Shown: in pieces, positions 11,450 through 22,100 of the stretch
Layout: the number at the start of each line of letters is the position of its first letter
How positions within the stretch are numbered: position 1 is the first letter of the stretch
Origin: Basidiobolus meristosporus CBS 931.73
Taxonomy: Eukaryota; Fungi; Basidiobolomycota
Direction of reading: 5' to 3'
Length of the DNA stretch: 54,798 nucleotides
NCBI GenBank assembly: GCA_002104905.1
Contig: MCFE01000597.1
Location: forward strand, 1-54,798
The notes under the pieces: model-generated
The model's input: only the letters and a program-made list of their open reading frames with translations
Told to the model about the DNA's origin: nothing
The model's database searches: none
Translations under genes and position numbers: made by a program

Positions 11450-13200
11450 GCATCCCATCTATGATAGGCTTAAAGCTTATATTCTTGATAGATTGGGATT
11501 TGGGAGTACCTGCACCTTGACTAGTCTTGCCCACAAATCTGCCTCATAGGAAACTTCTAGAAGGTGTAGCAAGACCCAATATTCTCTGCATTTCAAGTAA
11601 GATAGAGCACACAATCTACACATTAGCAGTGAAGATCTATGCATCCAGCTTTATAATTATGGTAAAGCCTCTTGAATCCCATTGCAAGCTCCTTGTATAA
11701 AAGCAGTAGATATGCCAAACTGGCATTGGTGATCTGCTTGTTGTTAAATAATTGTACAATGTCAACATATGACTCCCAATGCTTTCAATGTACTCTTGAC
11801 AGAGATTGCTTCAGAGGCCACTTGATTAAATACATATTCTGTGCATTCAGTCCTTGCATTGGTATTGTACAAATGAATATGCTTATATATTGGAGCACAT
11901 TAGAAGTACGTTGGGTAGTGGATGTTCTGTATTTCTTGCCAGTTCTTTGAAGTTTCACAGATATCTCAAAAGACTCATTGAGCCTCATATGCCACATATA
12001 CAGCTTAGCCATTAGTATAAGGATATTGTTGAAAAGTAAATGCGTTGCTCCCAGTGGAAAGCTTTTGCTCCAGCAGATAACCTCTATCTTAAGTATCACT
12101 AGCTTCCAGTTAATTCCAAACTCTGGCCAATGTCATATAGCTTGCCAACTTTGCCACAAATGCATGCTGACTTCTGTTTGTTCTCCATGTGGGAAGATTT
12201 TGTCTTTAACATTAAGGCAAATGCAGTTGAAGGCATTTTGTTCTTTCTTGTGGTACTTTAAGGCTTCCTCTCCTGCATTTTTAGGAGGGCATTCTTCTTA
12301 CATGACAATATCCCAAAGGCCTTTTTCTTGCAGCAGCATCTTCAGCTTCACCTTCCACACTTGGTAGCTAGATCCATCCAACTTTTCAGCAGGGGGGAAA
12401 ATTCCAGTAATAGCAGTAGTAGACATTGCAGAGAGTGACAGCTTGGGGCTTATAACCTGTTGTAAGAGTCTTGGAGCTATTGGAAGTGATTTGACAGAAC
12501 AAGTGGATTATGTGGTTTTCACTTAATGGTTAATTGAATGTAAGAGTTGTATTTATACTTTTGCATGGCCTTGGCATAACAAACACACAGAATAGGTTAA
12601 GAAAGTCCCAAGAACAAGTGTGCAAAGCTTGGGGCTGTTTGGACAACTTTGAGAATTTTCATGTTCTAGATGCCTGGTATTTTGGTGAAAGTATTCTAAG
12701 TAAATCCAACAAGGAGCTTATTTGGTAGTCTCTAGAATTTGAAGGTAATAATTTAGGTGACTAAGTTAGGTGAATATTTAGGTGGAATGGCAAATTTTTA
12801 CAACAATATAAGCCATCAAAGTAGCCCTTGCTTCTTAATTACCTGCAATGTTTGGCATCAAATATATTGTAAATATTTGTGCATGCATGATATTGAGTGT
12901 GGTACTTCATAGCTTCACAATACTTGTCAGAGTGCATGAGCTTCTGTACATGGGGTATTAGTGGAATATATCAAGAGCATGAATAATGTTTCCTTCTATT
13001 GTGGTGGATTTCTGACATGTTGGACACCTTGCAACAGTGGCATTTTCTGAAGTAAATGTCATGCCACTGTTAACACATGCCAGTATCAAGACAGTCTCTG
13101 GTTCATATGTTGCATGAAAGTTGTCCACTTGTACCATGTACATGGTAGTGCATTTGGAAATGATTTTGGCAAAAAGTTGAAGTAAATCCTCAAAGTCCCC
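11450..13200 (-). mobile_element. Decayed CACTA/EnSpm-like (Tnp2/Transposase_21) transposase, interrupted by a Copia fragment
   Basis: Minus-strand fragments: ILACVNSGMTFTSENATVARCPTC (compare Tnp2 IDAC..C....CP.C), PHVQKLMHSDKYCEAMKYH...NIFDAKH, and left of the Copia insert LKQSLSRVH*KHWESYVDIVQLF...GFKRLY (DUF4218-like segment). Contains stops and frameshifts. Confidence 0.55.
12200..12805 (-). mobile_element. Truncated Copia: 5' LTR (12458-12805), PBS (12446-12457) and gag N-terminus
   Basis: 348-bp LTR followed on the minus strand by GGTTATAAGCCC, then MSTTAITGIFPPAEKLDGSSYQVWKVKLKMLLQEKGLW (DUF4219-type gag start). Similarity to 46800-47040 stops near 12200. Confidence 0.88.
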
Positions 13201-14778
13201 ATATCTGAAATTGGTGGAACCATGCCACTTCTCAAGCTACAACATCACATCATTCACTGGAAGTTGAACTACTGGGCTCACCTTGCTCCATAAAGTATTC
13301 TTGGCACTTTTGTCCATAAGTATTGTCTCATTGCAAGTTGAGATTTTGCCAGGCTCATCAAGGCTACTGTTGATAGGGGAGATAGGCTCATAGCTCATTA
13401 ATGAGCCTTCTACTTAAGCGCTATCACTCTGCATGCCATATTCAGAAGGCTAAGATGAGCCTAAAGATGTCACAAACTCACCTGACTTAGTTTGTGCAAG
13501 GTGACAAGTAGAGCTAGGTGCTGTTATAAAAGTATCAAGTGGCTGACAAGTTATTGTTGGGACAGTAGTGACTGATGGATGGTCTATATGACTTGTGTGG
13601 CAAAACACTGGCCATAATCCTTGTAATTCCTCATACGCTGTCTGCATGCTTCATGGCTGAGAGGCTTGTTACAGTAGACACATGGTCATTTTTTGCTTCT
13701 CTGATGGCATTTGATCAGAGTAGTCTTGTCCTTGGGGCAGCATTTATCAAGAAGTAAACATAGTTTGGTGCAAGAAGCACTCAGACAAAGTAGCAGTGAA
13801 AGACCTGGCAGTGATATAGGTAAAGGTGTAAGGGAAAAAAGTTCACCCAAGCCAGAGACAGGGAAGCGTAAGAAAAAAGCTGCAGTTCTCACCAATTTAG
13901 CACTTTAAGCCCAGAACAGGCAGAATCCTATCATAGCCAAGAAGAATTGCCAACAAAACAATAGTTGTTTTCTCAAGAGTTGGAAGATCAGCCAGCTAAA
14001 CTACACTCCAGTGAGATAAATGAGCTTGCAAAGAAAGGCAATTTGTCTACCATAGCCTCAACATCCTCAATTGTAGACAGAGTGGAGATCACACTTACAG
14101 ACAAAGCAACAATGTTGAGAACTCAAAAGACAATATCAATGCCTACAGTGTAGTTTTGGGGCAATAGCAGGCACAGCAAAAGGTTGCAGCACTTCTTCAA
14201 GAGCAGTGCTCAAGAAAACACACTTGAATATTGCATGGATTTATTGCAACAACTGGCAGATGAGGTGCTAGACCTTTCAATGCTGGCCAAGGATCAGGAC
14301 ATAGGGGAACCAGTGAATGAACAACAACACAAAGTTATGGGGTTGCTGCCAAAGGCATGGAAAAAGGGTTTTTTAACAGAAATACTTATTCAAAGATCAA
14401 TTTTGATGGAGTTACTTGTTAAGTGTGAGGTTTAGACTAATGTTAGTGTTGGGTATAGGGACTTGTATAGGTCAATATAATTGGCAATTGAGGTACAACT
14501 GAAGTTTCAAAGGAAATAAATCTATTTTTATGCATGTAAAGTAAGAGATTTGGTTGAGTTAGGAAGTAAGGATTGTGAGAAAGGGCAATAGCAAATCAAT
14601 GCACCCAAACATAGGATGTGATTGAGTGTCCAGGATCAGAAAGTTAGAGAATTGGCAGAGGACCAATCAAAAGCTGCTTATGTATTGTTGTGATGAAAAT
14701 TCAAACTAAATTTTTAGTGAAAACTGGGGTGCAATTTTTTTCAACAGTCTTTACACAGTGACCTTATGGGGACAATAC

Positions 14779-15128
14779 TGTTGTAAGAGTCTTGGAGATA
14801 TTGGAAGTGATTTGGGTGAACAAGTAGATTATGTGGTTTTCACTTAATCATTTATTGAATGTAAAAGTAGTATTTATACTTTTACCTGGTCTTGGCATTA
14901 CAAACATGTAGAATAGGTTAAGGAAGGTCCCAAAAACATGTGTGTAAAGTTTGGGGCTGTTTGGACAGCTTTGAGAATTTTGATGTTCTGGGTACCTGGT
15001 ATTATGGTGAAAATATTCCAAGTAAATCCTGAAAAGGAATTTGGTCAGTATTATCTAGGATTTGAAGGTAAAGATCAAAGTGACTAAGTTAGGTGAATAT
15101 TTAAGTGGAATTACTAGTTTTTACAACA
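14779..15128 (-). mobile_element. Copia LTR copy (350 bp), no TSD
   Basis: Same LTR family, bounded by TGTTGTAA...TTACAACA. Flanks AATAC and ACTTG do not match. Confidence 0.88.
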
Positions 15129-15461
15129 ACTTGTAACATACTAATAGGAATTTGAAAAAGCATCTTGGGGATGCTTTCCTGCTGATACGGAGCAAGTTTA
15201 GAGTAGGTAAATGATCCACTACATACTACATTTTAACTTACTGTAACAGAGCAATTTGATGTTATTCAAGAGAACAACAAGATGTATTACTTCCCAGCAT
15301 AGAAGCTGAGTGGATCCCAGCTTATAAGACAATACATGGCTTGGAAAGCACTGTAAATATTTAGGTCTGAATCAATTTCCCCTATAGTATTGACAACAAT
15401 AAATGATGTATATCTTTCCTTAGAAAAAGCTAAGAAAAGCCCTGTACAATACCATCAAAAC

Positions 15462-15810
15462 TGCTGTAGGAGTTCTGGAGCTATTGGAAGTGATTGGAAG
15501 AGTAACTGTATTTTGTGCTTTTCACTTGATATTTTATTGAATTTTTAAGTAGTACTTTTACCTTGACAAAGTCTTGGCAGAGCTTATACACAAGACATTC
15601 TCAGGAAAGTCTCAAGAGCATGTGTTCCCAGCTTGGGGCTGCTTGGTCAACTTGGAGAAATATCATGTTCTGGGTACATGACATTTTGGTCAAGAATATT
15701 TGAAGTAAATCCTGCTAAGGAATTTGTTCAAAATTCTCTACGATTGGTAGACAAGGGTCTAAGTGATTAAGCTAGGTGAATATGTAGGTGTAATTACAAG
15801 TCTTACAACA
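15462..15810 (-). mobile_element. Older, diverged Copia solo LTR
   Basis: TGCTGTAGG...CTTACAACA, collinear with the LTR consensus but with many substitutions. Flanks AAAAC and AAAAA match at 4 of 5 positions. Confidence 0.75.
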
Positions 15811-16189
15811 AAAAAATCGGCTGAATTCAAAGTTTTGCCAAACTAATGACTCCAAATTTCTTGAGTACTAGCAACTTGGCAGAGAAGCCCACATATTTGT
15901 TTTGAGGAAACTGGCCCAACTAGCAATTATACCAGATATGGTAATCAACGGCACATTACCTCCATCAGAAATCGCTACTAAAAACCTGAAGGATTAACAT
16001 CAGCTGAATGCCAGTAAAATGGCCATTAAGCACAAGCAGAATACCAGCAAATTGTCAGATGAATTCCAAATTTGAGATATTTCGTAGGGACTAAGTAAAA
16101 GTTCCACTCTGCATGATACAACTCAGCACATATACTTAGGCATCCTTTCATCCAGGGGGCTACCAAGGATACCTCAGTGTAGTTTGTCT

Positions 16190-16390
16190 ACTGTCCTAAT
16201 GATGCACTATTACATTCAATAAATCATTAAATGAAAGCCTCATAACCCACAGGCTCCCCTGGTCACTTCCAATACCTCGAAAACTATGACAACAGATTAT
16301 GAGCCCCAAGCTGTCACTTTTTGGAATCCCTACTACCGCTATTACTGGAATTTTTCCCTCCGCTGAGAAGTTAGCTGGATCTACCAACCA
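16190..16390 (+). mobile_element. Highly diverged Copia remnant: LTR 3' end, PBS and gag start
   Basis: ...TCACTTCCAATACC...GACAACA ends at 16294. GATTATGAGCCC follows at 16295-16306, then sequence matching the gag start seen at 42636. Confidence 0.65.
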
Positions 16391-19133
16391 GCCACAAAAA
16401 TAGGCATTTTCTCACACGCTAGCGGGTTCTATAGATAATTCAGCACCGTTCTACTTGGGAGTCTTGGAAAGTTTTAGATTTGCTGAAACATCCTGTTGAT
16501 CCTCTCCCAAGATCAAATCCGGGAGTTAATCTTGCTTTTTCTAACAAGTTGCATACATATGCCGCCCTGGAAAAGATGATGAGTGGCGCAATAGATCCGC
16601 AATGACGCAATTCATTCTCTATCAGGGGAATTGTTACTCCTAATTACTCTATTGGTAGAGAGATTCATCAAATCCAGCAGAAAAAATAAGGTTGTTTAGT
16701 TATACCCTTTAACAAGCACCTCAGGGAAAGCTTAGGCAAGTATTGTTATACCATGTGGGTGTTCGCGAAGGTAGCCTTTGCCGCCAATTGTGTTTAGATC
16801 CCTGCACCAGGCTTGGTGTTCGATTAGGCTTGATAGGCATGAAGGGCAAAACACTCGATCGATCTTTCCTTCCTTTAAGCTCTGTTTGCTATATGCTTAC
16901 ACCACCCGGAGTACTAGCCTAGGCTGTTGTGACGAGAACCGCCGAATCTATGGAAAATGTGATTCGCGGGCTCATATCTGCAGCGTACTAGCAATATCAT
17001 CACGAAGCCAGCACTCATTAAACACATATTTCCCCTTCATATGGCTCAACAAGTGCCTAGCAATACCAACAATACGCTTTGATGTACTCCAGGCTCCACT
17101 TTTATCGGACATTCAGTAGGTGCTCAATAGACTGGCCGTTGACTGCTGTCTGCCTTGCGACAGCTCCAACTTCAGATCAACCGCCAATTCGATTCACTCC
17201 ACTGGCTCTCGGAGATCTGGAAAGCGAATTTGAAGTTGGATTTTCTTTGCCTATTACTTTAACATGAAGGTCATGGTAGTGGCTGGATTCTGTGGATTTG
17301 ACGAGAAATCCCCTCACCAAGCCGTAATTCATATCTCGGGCATCCCATGTCAATATAGATGGATCCTCAGCGAGGTATCCCGCCAGCTTTTCCAGACTCC
17401 GAAGGGCTTTTCATTGGTTCATGCATAGAAATTTCCACCCTGCAACTGCCCAGATAGTGCGTTGATTTTCTACATTCAAGCGACCTTCTTACAATTGTGG
17501 CAAGCCTCACCTGGTCACCTTCAAGCCCAAGCTGGGCGTTGTGGATGGCTGATTGCTAAGTCAGTTGATTTAGTGTCGGTGTTCGAGACATAAGGTGTTT
17601 GGTCATATCTCTGTACCAAAGTGAGGCATCATTTAGCTGGTTGGTCGCTATTTGTAGCCTTCAACGGTACCACAGGCTTCATTTGAGCAAACTTGGCTTG
17701 CTTATCAGCCAAACACAGGTCTGATGAACCCACTTTTACTATCTTGCGGTCCGGATGTGTTGGCCTGTATCACCACATATGTCACGATGTGGATAGCCTT
17801 TTCCCTCACCGTGACAGATAGGCTACAAGTTTGGGAGCTACCCTTGTAGTGATGAGGCTTCTCTCTCCCTTCAGTGGCGCGAAGAGCCCTCCAATCGCCT
17901 GGTATTGAGTTTCGCGAAGAGGTGTGCCGCATATGTCGATGTCGGCATATCTCAGTCTAGAAGCGAGCAGAGCCTGGATCCCCAAGAAACCCATATCCAC
18001 CGATGCCAGCCAACGTAAGAATTTATTGCCAATAGATGAGGTGGGCACAGAGTAGTCCCCTCAATGCATTTTCATTATCAGTTGCAGGTCCTTTGTAGAC
18101 CAGGGAGTTCGTTCCTCTACCTATACCTTATTCAACAATCCTATTTTTGACCCACCAATCACAGTCCGAAGGTCGAAAACATTTCCGGGATTTCTTCGAT
18201 CAAACCGCTGAAGAATTTCCATCTATTATCGAATGCATGAGCTTCCCGAATTTGAGTTGCTGAGCCCTTGCCGAGAGTCAGGTGCGAGGTTGACCGATCC
18301 TTATTGGTGCAGCGCGCTGCTTGCAGTCAACTTGGTGCACAGACCACTTATTGTCCCAATAACCAGCGATCCTCCAGCACCGAAAAAGCTGGATGTCGTA
18401 TTTTTCAATCCAATTAAGAGATCCGCATCTTTTTAGGAAGTCCCCATCATTGATCACTCCGAAATTGGAGTATAAACAGATGGACCATTCATCCCGCCAG
18501 GACGCTTATCTATTGGCTGAAGGACAATGTTGCCTGCCTCCTACCACACTCCCATCCAGGATGGACCGAGCCTTGATACCGGAATAAATCAGGTATCCTT
18601 GACAAAAGCCTCCGTAGATTGTGGTTCAGAATGGAAGCGCGATTAAGCAGAGTACTCACGATTGATATGGATACTGGATGTAGACCAAGAGTGCCTAATG
18701 TGTAGGTTATCTGGACAGGAGCCGAGGTGACCTTGGGTTTCGGGATCATTTTTCGCACCGTTCTCTCTCGTCGCCTCCAATCCGAACAAGTGTGGAAAAT
18801 CATCCGGATTTGGTTTCCCAAGAAGCTATATGGGGACCGAAGTCCCACATCCCAGGAAGGATTTATTTCTGTTTTCCGCAGGGCTCACGATTGCGGAAGT
18901 ATGTTCTCCCTGGCGATAACCATCAATCCTTCTCAATCAGATTCACTAGATATCTCCCTCAGTCTCGATTCGGCTGGGTGATGTGTTTCAATTCTCCCAT
19001 CGCAACACGCGTTCCGAGATAGTGGCCAAATTTTGGAACAAAGGGTTTTATTGTTTCTCTTTAATATTACATAGTTACACCGGATGGGTGCGGGAATTGG
19101 TTCTACCCCGTTTGTTCTACAAGTGATTCTAAT

Positions 19134-22100
19134 CTATGGCCAGTCACAGATGATGGATTGGCCGTTCGTTTTACATACCGTCCCGGCGGCACAGTGGTTT
19201 TCGTAAAGCTGGCCGTTAGCGCAGATGGTGAACTTGTCAGAGATTCCTGAAAGGGCGCATTCATAGGCACCATTAACACATTTGGCCCCCGTGGGCTCAG
19301 TGGTGGGATTGGAGGTGACGGTGACCGTGGATGGAGCGCAGTTTTCTTTGATAGTTACTGTCTTGACGGGAGCATGAACGGTAACAGTCACTGGCTCGGC
19401 AACCACTGTGACTGTGGGCTGCGAGATGACAGTTGGGACAGCGGTGACCGTGATGGTCTCAGTGTAGGCTGGTTGGTGCTCAACAACATCAATAGTGACG
19501 GTCTTCACAGGCAACTCAGTATTTCTATCAGATCCCCGAGCTGCAGTTGGTACAGCAACTTCAGTACCCGTAGAAACAATAGCTTCCGTGGTGATAGTGG
19601 TGTATTCATTATCACCAGCTGTCTTCACAATCGTACGATATATGGTTTCATCTTGTTGACCGTTGCCGTCATTGGAATGATGTCCATTTGTGGCTACTGA
19701 GGCAGTGTGGGTAGCCTCTGGAGTCTGACTCTCAACAGTAGTGGAACTCTGGTAATCAATGGTTTCTCTAACAGTTTGAGTATATGTGCGCACTTGAGCC
19801 CCTCCGCTACCACTCAAAGATTCAGTAGCGGTGACAAATACGGTATCAGTGTTTACACGCTCCGAAGACTGCCTTTGATGAGTAGCAGGGTTTACGTGAG
19901 TAGAACGACTGGCCTTTGGAGTCTCATTTCCAGCAGCCCTACCGGGTCCGGTAACCTTAGCACTTTGAGTTTCCTTAGTGTAGTAGGCAGAGGAATGACC
20001 TTGAGAGTTACCATTGCTATTGATGGATTCGGTCACAGTGTAGTAAACAGTGTCAGTATCAGTATCAATGCTCTCGTAGTGTCCACTGTTGGAGGGATGC
20101 TCCTTGTGAGCGTCAGAGCTCAAGTGAGCAGAGTGGGTAGCCTTGGGAGATTCACCTCCAGAAGCGCTACCATGTCCGGTAGCCCTGGCACTATGAGTTT
20201 CCTTGGTGGAATGGGCAGAAGAATGACCTTGAGAGTTTCCATTGCCATTGATAGTATCAGTCACAGTGTGATAAACAGTGTCAGTATCAGTTTCAATGCT
20301 CTCGTGGTGTCCACTGCTGGATGGATGCTCGTTGTGAGCGCCAGAGCTCAAGTGAGCAGAGTGGGTAGCCTTGGGAGATTCACTTCCAGAAGCGCTACTG
20401 TGTCCAGTAGCCTTAGCATCTTGAGTTTCCTTAGTGGAGTAGGCAGAGGAATGGCCTCGTGAGTTACCATTACCATTGATAGTATCAGTCACGGTGTAGT
20501 AAACAGTGTCAGTATCAGTATCAATGCTCTCGTAGTGTCCACTGTTGGAGGGATGCTCCTTGTGAGCGCCAGAGCTCAAGTGAGCAGAGTGAGTGGCCTT
20601 GGGAGATTCACTTCCAGAAGCACTACCGTGTCCAGTAGTCCTGGCACTTTGAGTTTCCTCGGTGGAGTAGGCAGAGGAATGACCTTGAGAGTTACCATTA
20701 CCATTGATAGTATCAGTCACGGTGTAGTAAACGGTGTCAGTATCAGTTTCAATGCTCTCGTGGTGTCCACTGCTGGATGGATGCTCGTTGTGAGCGCCAG
20801 AGCTCAAAGGAGCAGAGTGGGTAGCCTTGGGAGATTCACTTCCAGCAGCGCTACCAGTTTCAATGCTCTCGTAGTGTCCACTATTGGAGGGATGCTCGTT
20901 GTGAGCGCCAGAGCTCAAAGGAGCAGAGTGGGTAGCCTTGGGAGATTCACTTCCAGCAGCGCTACCAGTTTCAATGCTCTCGTAGTGTCCACTATTGGAG
21001 GGATGCTCGTTGTGAGCGCCAGAGCTCAAGTGAGCAGAGTGGGTAGCCTTGGGAGATTCACTTCCAGAAGCGCTACCATGTCCGGTAGCCCTGGCACTTT
21101 GAGTTTCCTTGGTGGAGTGGGCAGAAGAATGTCCTTGAGAGTTACCATTACCATTGATAGTATCAGTCACGGTGTAGTAAACGGTGTCAGTATCAGTTTC
21201 AATGCTCTCGTGGTGTCCACTGCTGGATGGATGCTCGTTGTGAGCGCCAGAGCTCAAAGGAGCAGAGTGGGTAGCCTTGGGAGATTCACTTCCGGCAACG
21301 CTACCATGTCCGGTTATTCTGGCACTTTGAGTTTCCTTGGTGGAGTGGGCAGAGGAGTGGCCTTGAGAGTTACCATTACCATTGATAGTATCAGTCACAG
21401 TGTGATAAACAGTGTCAGTATCAGTTTCAATGCTCTCGTAGCGTCCACTGTTGGAGGGGTACTCGTTGTGAGCACTCTGGCTTAATTGGGCGGAGTGGGT
21501 AGCCTTTGGAGACTCGTGTGATGCAGCAGACGCTGGTGCAGTTACCGTTACATCATGAGTAACGGTATGCGTTTCCGTACGGATTGAGTAATGAACCACG
21601 CTTCTCGCGGATTGATGCATTACCGAAGCAGGACTATGGCTACTAAGTGGGTTTCTATTCACTGTTTCATACTTAATAATTGTATCAACAACAGTGGTAA
21701 CGACCGTTTCAGTGGTAACCGGAATGGTTCGTACTTGGGTAGGTTTTTGCGACTCGGCCGACTTGGAAACAATTTGTGGTTCTGTTGACACAGTGATTCC
21801 ATGAGATTCAACGGACCCGGCGGATCTGTGAGCACCTGAAGATTCGGACGGCTTGTGTGACTCCACTGACTGAGTTTCCTTGGGAGACCTGGAGGACTCA
21901 GTTGGCCCGTAAGATTCAGCGGACTTGGTAGATCTATGCGCAGCTGAGGATTCAGAGTGTTTGTGCGACCCGTCAGATTGGCTTTCTTTACGAGACACAG
22001 TGGGCTTGTGAGATTCATCGGATTCGGTAGATCTATGAGTATTGGGGGGTTCATCAGGCTTGCGAGATTCCTTAGGCTTACGAGACTCAACAGATTTGCT

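Noticed and set aside
14740-14760. ...TTACACAGTG as the CACTG-type terminus of the CACTA-like element
   Set aside because: No matching opposite terminus or 3-bp TSD found in the window.
19374-21485. Long + strand ORFs (108, 251 and 316 aa, hydrophobic S/V/L/G-rich)
   Set aside because: Antisense shadows of the Ser/Thr/His repeats; repeat periodicity propagates the absence of stops.
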